This document shows, in pieces, positions 26,939 to 39,685 of a stretch of 64,000 nt of DNA. Source of the DNA: Cercozoa sp. M6MM (lineage: Eukaryota > Protista > Endomyxa: Ascetosporea); NCBI GenBank assembly GCA_040357565.1, contig JBDODJ010000003.1; one strand, 5' to 3'. Each line of letters begins with the position of its first letter. The first letter of the stretch is position 1. The notes under the pieces were generated by a model that saw only the letters and a list, made by a program, of their open reading frames with translations, searched no databases and was not told where the DNA came from. Both the position numbers and the translations under genes were made by a program.

Positions 26939-27392
26939 ACCATTGACGAGAGTATGCACGCAGCTTCAATCGATTCGAGAGGGACGCCAAGAGCGAGGCA
27001 CGCACCGATCTGCGACTGTTCCTCGCCTTTGTCAAGGCACCGCTGCTAATGACCGACCTGCCCAAGGACGAGTTGCGACGCCAGCTCGAGAGTGGCGAGC
27101 TGGTATGCTTTGAACCCTTGCTCTATAGCACCCATGTGTATCGTGTGCCTTGTATGATGTGTCTCTATGCCAGGTGGCCGATGACGTCGAGCAGGGCCTC
27201 AAGTGCATGGAGGCCTCGCTGGGTGCTCTCGCCATGCTCGTGCAAATCCCGGCGGTGGCACGTGCCATGCAGCACCTCGGCGGCGACAAGCTGCTGCGCC
27301 GAGTACAGGCCAAGATGGGCTCGCAGGCGATTCTGTACCGCGCCGAGGTCGCCTTGCAGAACATGGCCGAGGCCTTGCAGCTCAAGGAATGA
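20397..27392 (+). CDS. UNC45: UNC-45-type myosin chaperone (TPR + central ARM + UCS domain), very intron-rich
   Basis: TPR motifs KAAGNAAFKQKKWHDAIAHYS, GNRAQVQL, ALELDPTNVKAVYRRGLA; UCS motifs RGRMLQQGG, ARIGISVNP, LAQFEMLLALTN, AALECLANL. Confidence 0.85.
21567..21757. repeat. Degenerate (TTGAG/TTGCT)n pentamer tract in an intron
   Basis: Direct inspection; similar tracts at 26371-26462 and, inverted, 16955-17012. Confidence 0.85.
23467..23599. repeat. (CA)n/(CACG)n microsatellite in an intron
   Basis: Direct inspection. Confidence 0.95.
26756..26936. repeat. (GT)n microsatellite spanning a 100-N gap
   Basis: Direct inspection. Confidence 0.95.
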
Positions 27393-27414
27393 TAGTCTTT
27401 CGTTTGCTCCACCA

Positions 27415-27479
27415 GTTTGTTTGTTCAGTCTACTTAGTAGAAACCGACCATGTAGTTCCTCTGCATCAGCCCTGGGGTG
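27415..27479 (-). mobile_element. ~65-bp relic homologous to the extreme 3' end of the LINE at 51716-53966
   Basis: gtttgtttgttcagtct...gaaaccgaccatgtagttcctctgcatcagccctggggtg aligns with 51716-51776 gttagttagttgagtct...gaaaccaactatgtagttcccctgcaccagtctggggtg. Confidence 0.75.
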
Positions 27480-27822
27480 CTAGTTGCGTTACTTTCGTTC
27501 GGTTAGTTCAGTTAGTTACTTGACGAAATGCTGCCTCCGCTCGCTTCTTCGATCGGTCGAAGCGAACTAGCCAGTTGCCTATGCTAGTGCTCGGCAGCAT
27601 TGCAATTGGGATCATGTTTAAAAAAACAGAAACTTAAGCTTCGCAGTTCGTTGCGCGAATTCGGACGTGTCGCTGCTGCTATGCTATGCGATGTGACCTG
27701 CCTACTCGATCGACGGAGTATACGCAGGCCTGCCAAAAAAGACTGGGGCCCGAAGAACAAGTCGTTGCAGCGTGAAAATGTGCAGTTGTCATATATGAGT
27801 GTGCTTGCGCAAGTCGCCGCGC

Positions 27823-30800
27823 CTAAACGTCGCGGTGCTTGTTGAGCAGCGCCACCTCGCGTTCAATGTCCCTTTGCCTTTCCTCGTCGAATTTGGCGAA
27901 CTCAGGCGAGCGCGTCACGAACGGCGTCAGAGAGTTCGCCGACACAAGCGCACAACACTCCTCATATGCCTATGTGTGCAAGTCAGAGGTAATAACTTTC
28001 AGTAACATCAACGCGGCGTTCTACCTGTCGGAAGCATGTGAGGGTCTCATTCATGATGAAATCCTCCGGGTCCGTTTGTTTCTCGTCCTCTGCTTTGATG
28101 GCGTCCGAACACAGCTTACGCATCGGTGAGGACACATTAACCTGCGCACATAGGAACGTACAGTACGGACTTCACACGGCAGGTTGCACAAGATACCTCA
28201 TTGGGCGCGCCTTCCACCAGGTAGTAACGCAGCAGCTGCATAGCGTCCTGGTACTTGAGTCCAAGCACGCGGAAGTGCAAACCGTCCATCTTCTGGATAA
28301 AGTCGAGCTGCTCGACGCACATTTGCTTCTCGACGAACGCGCGGAACAGCCTGCAGCACTCCTCGTCGCCCACTGCTCATCATAGGTATAAAGAAAGAAA
28401 TTTAAATACACTAGGATTGGTACGAAGGGGAACATACACACACGTTGCAGCGACCAGACTTGCGTGTTCCAGCGCACACGTGTCTGCTGCTGGAGGTTGC
28501 GCGTGCCGATGGCAACACCCACCATCGTGGCGATGCCAAGAGCGAACAGCACACCCACTAGCGCACCTGCCACAGTGGCCTGACTCTTCCACTCATCCTG
28601 CTCACCGTTATATCAGACATATGTGTATGTGCAGAGACCAGGAGACATAGCAAGCGGGGTACAGCCTGGTCTTCGATAAAGCGTTGCGCAGCCTCCTCCA
28701 GGGTCACCGTGTGCGCATCCGTACGCTCTCGGTTAGCCTGCACAGGGATAGACAGATAGATACGGACCGGCTTGGCAGAGACAACTCGGCAACGACCTAG
28801 AACAAAGGTACCGTGAACTCGGCATCAGTTAGCAGCGCGATGAGCTCGTCTTCCTGTTCGGTCGTGAGCACCGGGTGCGGACCGTCGGTGAAGTTGCCCT
28901 CCATGGCGATCTCAAAGCCCGCCGTCTGGTACGCCATCATGTACTCGATGCTGTCGGTGTTGTCTTTCTGCACATCAAGTGTCGGTCAACACGCTAACAA
29001 CTCGCCACAAGACAAGGGTACCGTGGCGGTCGTGTTGTCCCAGGGCGCATTGAGTCTCGAAGCGGCAGCATCCACCTCTGCCTTGAGCGCCTTGTCCGTA
29101 ATGTTGGTCTGTGCGGCTTCGATCGCCGCCTGTGCCGCTGCCACTGATGCCTGCACATGCACATATGGATACATTGACATACAGACAGACCCCACAATGC
29201 CAGTGTACCGCCGTCGCCATGATGTGCGTGTCGCCGAGCAGTTTGAAGGTGGCGCGCGGGATGCCATACGGATTGCTGTCCGATTCAACGAGCAGGTTGC
29301 TCTTGGTAGCGAAAATCAGCGACGTGATGCGGTCCTGTCGAGACCAAGACACACACACACACACGTACACATGCACTCACGGCTACACACGTGAGCTGGG
29401 TACCTGAATGGACACACGCAATGAACCCGTGTCGACAAGCAGCGGCGGGCCGATCGAGCGCACGTCGCTGAGCGCCGAGGACTGCCAGTCGTGCAACAGC
29501 ACGGCCGTCACAGCCACGGCGGTCATCAGCACGAACAGCAGCGCCAAGGCAAAGTTCACCAGCTTGCGAGCACGTCGCACACCACGCTTCACCTGGAGGG
29601 ACAAACTCTTGGCACGCATGCGTATGCGTACGGCATAAACATACCGCGCGCTGCTGTCGACGCATGTCGCCGTACGGTGTCTCACCGTCGTAGTTGCTGT
29701 CACCTACAACAAGCATACATGTACATATGGACAACAGCTTGACGTTTATCCGATCGTACCCGAGAAAGAGACCGACTTCTCCGTGCTCGACATGAAAGAG
29801 CCCGTAGACTTGCTGCCACTGCTCCAGCTGCCCGACGACAACGACATTGACATCTCCGATCGGAGTGCACCTGCAGACATATCAACGTAAAACTAACACA
29901 GCCACCACAGGAGCAACCCATTCTACCAGCCTCGAGGTCATCGGCGTCGGTGGCACTCGCCTCACCAGCACTCGCACCGGCGTCCTCCTCTTTGACATCG
30001 ACTGAGATCATCTCCGACTGCAGAAGCTTTTCAATGCGCCGACGCGACTTCTTCAGCTGCGAGTGTATACATGAATTTATAAAAGGTTCATGACACCCAG
30101 ACTGCAACAACACAGACACGCCACGCAATAATAGGCCCGTACCGCGCCGTGTAGCATGCGACGGCGGCGAGTGATGGCACGTCGCGCCAACAGCAGCACT
30201 ACCAAGGTCAGCACCGTCAAACCGAGGGCTGTGTAGGCGAGCACGAGACGCATGTCCAACTGTACAACAAAAGTCATTGCCTAAAACAGCCGCTGACATA
30301 GCATGAGCGATGGTGCATCACGTACCACAGACTGTGCATCATCGACATCAGCTGGAAAGGCTTCATCGAGACCAGCCTTCATCTTGTAGTAGCTGCTCGT
30401 GAGCAGGTTGGTGTTATAAAAGTAAAGTCCGCCTTGCGGGTAGAAGGCGGTCGGGCCGTCCCTCGCACTGGCAAGCAAACGGCACGTGGACACAAAGGAC
30501 CAATATGTATACAACTCAGCAAGAACAAGGTACGCCTGTGCTTCAACGGGTTTCATGGCCTTTTGTTGATCGATTCGTTTCTCAACACCTCTGATGAAAT
30601 CGTCCTTCTCCGTTGGCATGCGAGACTGCTCAGCAAAACATGGCATAAATAGCTAAAAGGCAAACACAAACACGGTACGTGCAAGTCCATGTTATCCAGC
30701 AGTTCTTGCAGTTTCTGCAAACCGAGGTCATTTGCGGCCTCGACTTCGGCAGCCTTAGCATCACGTTGTGCCTGTACAAGCACAAAAAATATGCATTGAG

Positions 30801-31382
30801 GCTTCGAATCCCCATTGCAGGTCTACCTGTGTTTTGGTCCACTCAGCAGCTCCCATGATGCTGTCTGTCAGCGCGAGTTGTCCAACCGCGCGACCACGGG
30901 TGGACTCCATGACAGCATCGTAGCCGGCGAGATCCTCGTTGACGATAATATTGATCTTGCCCTTGAACATGAAGCACAGCACGGCAATGCCGAGCTGCAA
31001 GCCGAGCACTACCACTCTGAACACACACAGCAAAACCCAATTTAGATGAGGTTAAAATCCAAGCAACCCCAATTTAAGACAGAAACTTGGGATGTTCGGA
31101 CAAACAAAATAAAACGCACAAGAGTAGCAAGACGGCGAGAAACCAGCGTCGTCGTGCCCGCGTGAGCGCGAGATCGGCTTTATCGAGACGCGCCATTTGC
31201 TCGCGTTTCTTTTCCTCGGCCTCGGCCGTGGTGAGTCGCTTCTTCTTCCTTTTTGTGCCCTTCGTGGCCTCGCCGGCCATGGTTGAGCTCGCGGTGCCCG
31301 ACTGACTTGCCTCGGACGGGCCCGTCAGAAACGTGTGCGAGCGAGCACGGTGCTCGCCCGACATGCCAGACGTACTACTCAT
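27823..31382 (-). CDS. Four-TM membrane protein with two extracytoplasmic helical modules and a C-terminal RGS domain
   Basis: Four hydrophobic segments (WFLAVLLLLVVVLGLQLGIAVLCFMF; LVLAYTALGLTVLTLVVLLLA; LVNFALALLFVLMTAVAVTAVLL; VAGALVGVLFALGIATMVGVAIG). RGS signature SLQRAVGDEECCRLFRAFVEKQMCVEQLDF...YYLVEGAPNEVNVS...AYEECCALVSANSLTPF. Exons join in phase across the linker (SFSG|DSNY). Confidence 0.8.
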
Positions 31383-32457
31383 CACTGGAGCACACTGGGC
31401 ACAACTAAAATCGCTTTGTGCGTGTTTGTGTTGTTTTTAAAGTGTGTGTGACTGTTGTGACTGTGACTATGACTGTCTTTGTGTCACTGCCACTTCGACT
31501 GGGAGAAACCTATTCGTACAGTACAATATCGAACAATGGCCGCAGCCAGGACGGCGAAGTGTGCGCCTCACTGTGTCCTAAACAGCACATGCATATGAGT
31601 ACGTGCATTCGCGCAATGCGAGAAATTGTGTTGCACATGTGAAAGAAACAGTATCGATACACCCAGGATCATGTGCAAAGGCAGCACTTAGGTGGTCAAA
31701 GCAACTCGCAGGTCAATTTTATGTAAAAATACCGCACAGTGGGTACAAACGGCTTGACTGTCAGCAACGACAGCAAAGAAAAAGGAGACGCACGCACCAG
31801 CCAAAAAAAAATACTGGCCAACAAAAAACGAGGCACGATGGTCTGACACACGTGTGCACTGGGGCAAGCGGTACCGAGTGAGTGACCCACGTACTCTGGT
31901 CGAGGCACCTCCTTGTTGTGTGTCCTTGTCGTCTGGGCAGAAAGGCCTCGAGCGTCGCGTCAAAGTGATCGTGGCATCGTTTGATCAACAATTTGGAAAC
32001 GGCTTGGCAGAGTGACGGGGTGACCACTCGGCTCGATTCTTCCACAACAAGACCACTCTCGCGTGTCAACGGGCTTTCATGTGGTCCTGACCAAGTGTGG
32101 GTCGCTTGCTGTTGTCTGTTGTTCGCTAACACAACTGACAATTGCACTTGATCAGCCGATCAATGCCTTTTTGATCATGTGGTGAGCAGCACCTCTTTCA
32201 TCATTTGAATTCGCGTGCCCGAGCAAATAATAAGAATAAACCGACTGCCGCTTACCCGGCTACAGGTGACAAAAAAGCTTCACAAGCTCTTGTGTCCAAA
32301 CCCGAGTAACGAATGATTCGAGATCAAACAACGCACCTCCATTGGGCCTCGGCACTAAAGTACACCTGTGACACACCAGTCCCAAGGTTATTCTGACACC
32401 GTTCGAGGACCAGTTAGGTTACAGTAAGCTGAGGGTTGGTGTTTCCTTCCACCGTCG

Positions 32458-34370
32458 ATGTCGAAAGCGCGGGTGCCATTGCGACGGTCGGAATGCGCGC
32501 TACAAGACATACAACAACTAGCGCGGCAAGTAGACAGTTTATCTGGCTTGGTGAAGGAAAGAAACCCTGCTGCTGGTATGAAAACAACATGCGTTTGCAT
32601 CGGAGTTTTTGTTATCATGTTTGATAGGTCTGGAGGAAGCAAGAGAGATTCGCGAACGTACCTTTCCAGACACGCACACGCAAGAATGATAGTGATGTAT
32701 CAAGCCTTTACTTTGCGGCTTAGATCGTCGGCTCGGAACAGGGTGTGCTAAATTGGACTCAGCGCTGTTCAATCGCTGTCAGGACGTGGCAGGCATCTTT
32801 GCGCCCGCTTCAATGGGTACACTGTTTTTGGAGGTGATGCTTTAAATTATTGCGTAAGCATATGTCCTCAGTTGCGATAAGCGGTGAAGCAGGCAGTGGC
32901 AAGTCAGCTTTGGTATCTTGCTTTCTGGGTGTGCTGTTGTGTATCGTATGTTCTCTCGTGTGTACGTGGACAGTGTGCGTCCCTGTGCCTTCAAGCAGCG
33001 CTGCCACGTGAAGTCGACGGCGCCTGTCGAATCGCAGTTTATCTCGACACTGAGGGCGATTCCAAGTCCGGACTCGGTCGTCTCAATTCAATGTTTCGTT
33101 GTGTGGTATGCAGTCTAAATTTACATCGCGCACTTATGAGTTATCAGGTGATCTACCTGCAATAGACAAACGCACTTCGCACCTCACGAGACGAACAAAA
33201 GCGACAACTGGTCGATTCGCCGATTTACAAGGCCACCTTGAACCGTACGCACCGTCCAAGGATCTTGCGATATCGTACCTGTGTTACTCGATTACTATAG
33301 GCATCATGAGACCAAACCTGCGCATTCGCGATGCGTCATCGATGCTGCACTTTGTTGAGTAAGAGATGTCACGCTCTCTTGAATGGGTCTAATCGCTGTC
33401 ACACATGTGTGCGCAGAACGATCTTGCCGCGCCAGTTGCGACAAGTCGTTAGATCCAACATTCCGAAACACATCACATGTGGGTTTCGTCTGTCGTTGTT
33501 GTCTCTTTCTTTCATTGTTGGATTATCGTACTTTGTGCAGCCAAAAAAGAACGAAAACGCAGGTTTGAAGAGATTCGGCAGCAAGTGTTTGGCATCATAG
33601 TTGTAAAACCAAAAAGATATCTTTCTTTTTTTCAATTTCCGTATTTTACTGCGACAATACAGGTCGACAGTATGGCGGCGGTGGTCCGTGCTTCGTTCGT
33701 TGTGAAAGGCAGGGGCACCAAAGAGGTGCTCAGTACATACTTGTGGAAATCAAAGTACTCTCAACCCATGCACACTTGAGAGTCACAGGGCTTTGCACGA
33801 GCGCAAACTGTCCGTCGGATCACTGAAGCTTTGTCTGCCTTGGCGTCTTTTGTACGATATCCTAAGCCAAAACGCTTCTTCATCTTCAGTTGCCTGATGG
33901 TAGTACGCGTGTCCCGTGGTCGTGGTGAATCACGCTGTGGCGAACTTTGAACTGCCAAACAACCGGTCACTCCAGATCGACAGTGAGAACAGCAACACGG
34001 GCGTGCGTCCTGCCTTGGTACAAAGGACACGAATCACACAAACTTGTGCACGCATGCACTGTGCACTACAGGGACCGTACTGGAGCAGACAGCCATCTCG
34101 CTACCTACTGTTGGGCAAGACATTCAGCGCAACCACTGGCCAGAGACAACGTATCTTGCGTGTGGCACGCTGCCAGTCTGCACCAGGTATCTCTTCCTGT
34201 CTCGCCGAGGATTTAGGCTATTTCTTTCAATTGCGGTTATGCTTGTGGCTGCAGTGTTCGAGGTGCCACTCGATATGTGTAGCAGTGGGCTTCACCATCC
34301 TGACTGTCGCTGTGAGGTGCGCACACAGGGCATTCACGGCAAGCGACCGCGCAGCGCGCTTGAGTCTTAA
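32458..34370 (+). CDS. RAD51 paralog (RecA family; RAD51B/C/D/XRCC3-like)
   Basis: GTGCAKLDSAL, Walker A GEAGSGKS, AVYLDTEG, Walker B IIVVDSMAA, VVVVNH, PALGPYWS. Confidence 0.87.
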
Positions 34371-34697
34371 ATCATGGCATCGCGCATCAATTCCGTTCGG
34401 TTCACAGCACGGCACGCCAAAGTTCGTTTTTCAGTCCAACTTACTCGGCTGACTAAATTACTTGCTCCGCGTGGAAGCACATATCAGTCATGCCAAAAAG
34501 AAATGAGATGCGATACAGTAGATCATGCTGTAACACTAACAAACGACTTTACATTCTTACTTTTCTTTAGTCGTTGTCTTCACTAAAATAATCTCACAAC
34601 ATAATACAATTCGATTCAGTTGTACGGTACGGTACATTCTGCTTCGATCAGCGCAGAGGATGGGAGACCGGGATTTCGATCAGATCGGACGGTCACG

Positions 34698-36254
34698 TCA
34701 CAACGCACTACGCGTGCATGTGCTGTCGGGCAGGTAGCCATGGTCTTGCAGCCATCGCGCCGCGTCGCTTAGCACTGTCTCAGCGTCGCGAAACTGCATG
34801 CCAAACTCGTTTGTCGCCCTACAGTATCAAGCAGCATCCACACATAGACAAGCGACACAAGATACGTTTCATACCGAGAGGTGTCGAAAGTGTAGTGGAC
34901 TCCAACGTGCGCATTCAGCTGCCATTTACAAAAATCAACGTGCCAGAGGGTTCAGGTATGCGAAAAAGTGTACGTATTGCCGATCTCCGCGCGGACGCGT
35001 CCATGCAGCGAGTTTGACCACTGGTGTGACACGAGTCAAGTCAAAACGCGGTAGTCGATGTCGACTCTGCGGAGCGGCACGTCGTAGCGCATCGAAGAAT
35101 TGGCGGCCCTGCAGTGCACTACCGGCACACAAGACACGACCCTGGAAGGCAGTGTTTTCGAGCACACGCACGTGCATCTCAGCAACGTCCCGCACGTCCA
35201 CCTGTGGCAGATGTACTCTTCCAAGGTACTCCCAAAGGAACAACAGTGGAGGTACAAAGTGCATGGCCAGGTCAACGACGGCCAGTTGCTGTCCCGACAG
35301 CACCGATGCCAGCACACGCATCGATTCGTTCAGTTTGGGCTTTCTCTGGGTAAGAGGTGAAGGGTTAAAAGGGCTCAAAGGAATACAAAAGGCAAGAAGG
35401 TACAGCAGAGGGGTCAACGTCATGGTTGCCTAGTTGTGGACCAAACACGAGTGCAGGCAGCACCGTCGCCAGCGAGAAGGACGCCGTGCGAGCGAGTTTC
35501 CACGCCTCCTGCTCGGCCAGTGTTCTGTGAAAACAGCACACAGAGAGGGTAGGTGCAGACACAAACAAGGACACAGGAAACACAACACACTTGGAAGCGA
35601 GATAGGGGTTGCACGCGGCACTGCTATTAAGGTTCCAATCACGCTCGTCGTAGACGGCATTGTGATATGGCCGTCCTACCACTGCAGCGACTGCACAGAC
35701 ACCCACATAATCTCCACGACTGCACAGTTGAGTGCCGTACGTACTGGAAGAAGTGACAACGACGCGCTTGACGCCGCAAGCATCGGCAGCCGTGAGAACG
35801 GTGCGCGTGCCACGAACGGCCGGGTCGAACAGACGCTGTTGCACCTCCGAGGGACTCACACTCACGACATAGGGACTCGCCACATGCAGTACAGCGTCCA
35901 CATTTTGCATTGCCGTTCGCACTGATTCCTACGCTCACAATACACAAAAAGTAATATTTGCACGACAAGCACACGCAAAACAAGAAAGATACCTACCTCA
36001 TCAAGCACATCCATTCGAACGACCTCGAGTCGCTCCGCGGCCCCTTCTAAACGATGAAGAAACGCATTCTTGGCACTCTTCGGGTCACGAACCGTCCCGC
36101 GCACTCGATAACCACGTGCCAGCAACGTTTGTGTCACTAGAGAACAAACGGTGCATGTAACTGACCCCACCCAAATAATCAACAGAAAAGATCGCAACGC
36201 ACCGTGTGCGCCGACAAAGCCTGCTGCACCTGTAACTAACACAAGTCCATACAT
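34698..36254 (-). CDS. NAD(P)-dependent epimerase/dehydratase SDR (DFR/CCR-like)
   Basis: VLVTGAAGFVG, GYRVRGTVRD, VLHVASP, RVVVTSS, YLASKTLAEQEAW. Confidence 0.92.
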
Positions 36255-36964
36255 GTGGTAAGAGCACGCTCCCACGTTGACCAATCAGCGGTCACGCTGA
36301 CGCGAAGATGATATGTTGTCGGTGCTGATTCGAGTGCACGGTGAGCCAGACCGGACCAACAATCTCAATTATCCCAGAGTGTGTTTTGACGCCAGAGGCG
36401 CAATTACGAGACGGCCGCACGCACGAGTGGTAAACAACTCGTTTGCAGGGCAGCGACGAGAATTGAATCGTGTGTGTGGCCTCATAATAATATATTTTTT
36501 TGGTGGGGCCCGTGTTTTGTTCTACGGGTAAAGCGGGCTCCCGCTACCGTCGTGTCTGCACACACGTGAAAGAAGTGTGCCCCAGGCACACCCATTCGAT
36601 TGCAGAAGCATTGAACTGTGTCAATCTAGGCTTTTTAAATTTTTCTGTGTGTGCGACTGGGTGTGCGAGATCATGTTTGTTTGTGTGTTGCCGCCGACAG
36701 GTCCTTGCGTGTCACGCGCCGTCCGGGACAGCAGCACAGCGTGTTTGTGCCGTGCCTCAAGCCTCAGAGAGAGCCCACAAGGCCTCGGCTCTGAAGTCTC
36801 AGTACTTTCCGAGAGACACACGAGTGTGCGACTGTTCGAGAGCGAGACTGAGAGACTGAGAGAAGCTTCCTGCTGGTTTGTGGTGAGTCAGTTGTGAGAG
36901 AGAGAGAGAGAGAGAAAGAGAGGGAGAGAGAGGGAGAGAGAGAGAGACGCCGGCGCACGCAGTC

Positions 36965-37702
36965 ATGAGCAGCACCACTGCGATCAAAGTGTTCGGCGAC
37001 AGCAACGGCGAGGTCAAGGAACTCGGCGACCTTGAGCTCGAACTGCATGTACCTGCTGTCCCTGAACAAACAGTGCAGGTGCGTGACTCTGTGTATGTGC
37101 ATGTTCTGAGCAGGAAAAGTACCGAGCCTCGGCACTGTACAAGCTGCTGGCGGACAAGAACGTTGTCAGGTGCACTTATTGTATCACGATCTGTATATCG
37201 ATAATATAGCATATTATATACGCAGTCTGGAAAACCAAGACACGCTGGTGATGGTGACGGACGACGGCGAGGTCACGGTGGACAACTCCAACGACGTCGA
37301 CGTGTGTCCCATCGTGAAGCAGCGCGACTTCCGCCACCTGCTCATACGCCCGGGCAAGAAGAAACCGACGTCAGTGCCGCCGCCACAGCAGCTGAATGCC
37401 TCCACGGTGTCGTCCACGGTAGCCTCGTCGGTCGGATCGACCTCGGTCGGCTCTGTAGTCGGCTCTGTAGTCGGCTCTGTAGTAGGCTCTGTGGGCTCGG
37501 CATCGCCGACGACCGATGGCACCGGCAGCACCGATAGTGTTCGCTCGTCGTCACCGGCCGCTGCGTCGATGCCGACTGCGACAACTCCAGCTGGCGGCAT
37601 GGGCTCCTCGGCCTCCCATTTGGGAGGTCTTGGCTCTGGTACCCCTTCACTAGATTTAATGTATCACTGTATTATCGGTATGTATTAATCTATTTATCTC
37701 TG

Positions 37703-37751
<49 letters not shown>

Positions 37752-39650
37752 ATATATCTTATAATATGTCTAGGACTCGGCACGGGCGGTCTGGACACGC
37801 TGGGCAACCTTGGACCGTCGTTCGGTAGTCTGGGAGCAGGCGCACTGGGCAGCAGTTTCGGCGCGGGTGCCGGTGGTCTCGGTGGCATGCCGATGGGCGA
37901 CACTATGTTCGGAGGCAGTAGCAACAACAACAGCAACAACACTCACAGCAGGAGCAACAGCAGCGGCAGCAGCAGCGGTGGCGGTCTCTCGGGTCTCAAC
38001 ACAGGCAGCACGGGTCTGTCGTCGCTCGCACTCGGAGTCAATCCACTCGGACTCGGCTCCGGCGGTGGCACACCCACGTCGCGTGACCCTCTGGCTCACC
38101 TGCTGGGCCAGTCCGCCGGTAGCAACAACACTAACAACAACAACAACAACAACACCAACAACAACGCCGGCGGTGCGGCCGATGTGTTCCGACGGCAGCA
38201 GCAGCGGCAACGGCAACAGGTGTGTTACCCCTCCCCCATCTCCCCTTTTAACCCACCCCCTGCGCGACAGAGAGAAGAAGCGATGATAACGAGCGCGGCG
38301 CGCATTCAGCTGCAGCAGCTCGTAGACTCGCGGCCGGCGCTGCTGACGCGACTGCGCGGCGACGACCAGCTCGCCAAGCGCATCTTTGTCGCTCTCATCG
38401 AGGAGCAGCGCAAGAAGCTCCGCGTGCAGCAGCAGCAGCAGCAGCAGCAGCTACAGCAGGCCAAGGTGTCCCTCATTCTCCATCTATGGCTGTATATTCA
38501 TATATGTATGCACATGTGTATGTGTAGATGTATATATATATATATATATCTATGTATATATATCTATGTATACATGTATATAGTATATGCACCTCTGTGC
38601 GTAGTTCCAACAGTACCAGCAGCAGCAGCAGCAGCAGGTGTCGCACGGCACGGTGAGCAGCACGAGCGGCAACATCAAGGGCCATGCCATGCAGCAGAAC
38701 CCGCGACTCGCCACGATCTGGCACCTGCGCACGCAGGCGGTACCCCTACCCTCCCTCTCCTTTACCTCCAGTGTTACCCCCCCCCCCCCGCAGCGATCGA
38801 ACCGACACATTGCCATGCGGTTCAACAAGCTCGTGGAGCAGGCCAAGAAGGACAAAGACACGGTGTCGCTGCGGAGTGACCTGTCGGAACAGCGACGTGA
38901 GCAGCTCAAGTCGCAGATCAACGAGAATCTCCAGAACAAGCTCGTGCAGCTCGCACGTGAGTTCAATATCGGCAGCGGTGGCGAGCAAGGCAACAAGCGT
39001 GTCACTGCCGGCACTCCCACCGTCAGTGGCAACACTCTCGGTGGCAACGCTCTTGGTGGCAACACTCTCAGTGGCAATACCCTCGGTGGCAACCCTCTCG
39101 GGAGCAACACTCTCGGTGGTAACAGTCTCAGTGGCAACACCGTCGGCGCACGTGCACCGGCAGCTGCCACTGCGCCCAGTGTCAATACCCACGTGCCAGG
39201 TGTCAATGCCCCGGGTACTGTCACCTCGGGCACACCTAGGCGGAGTGTGCCGGAGCAGTCCTTCCGGGACGTACTGCGCAACGCCAAGCTGCAACTCGTG
39301 ATTCGGCCGCGTGCACCTGTTATTGAGCACGCTCGCTTGGTACCCTTATCCCCACCCCACCTCTTGTCAACTGCCCTATCTCCCATGTGTCAACACAGAG
39401 ACAGATACACCTGGGCATGGCCAAGCTGCTATCACACGCCGGCCAGAGCAAGTTCGCCGACACGTTTGCGTACCTGCGCGAGTCGCGACACATGGACGCT
39501 GGCCAGGTACGTTTGTACAGTCCAAAATATACGGCAGGTACAGATGGACGTGCTGATGCACAGGTGGTGGTGGGCACTGACGAGAACTACGCCGTGCAAC
39601 GACCAACACACGTGTCGACTCAGAGTGTTCCACGGCAACAACAACAACAA

Positions 39651-39685
<35 letters not shown>

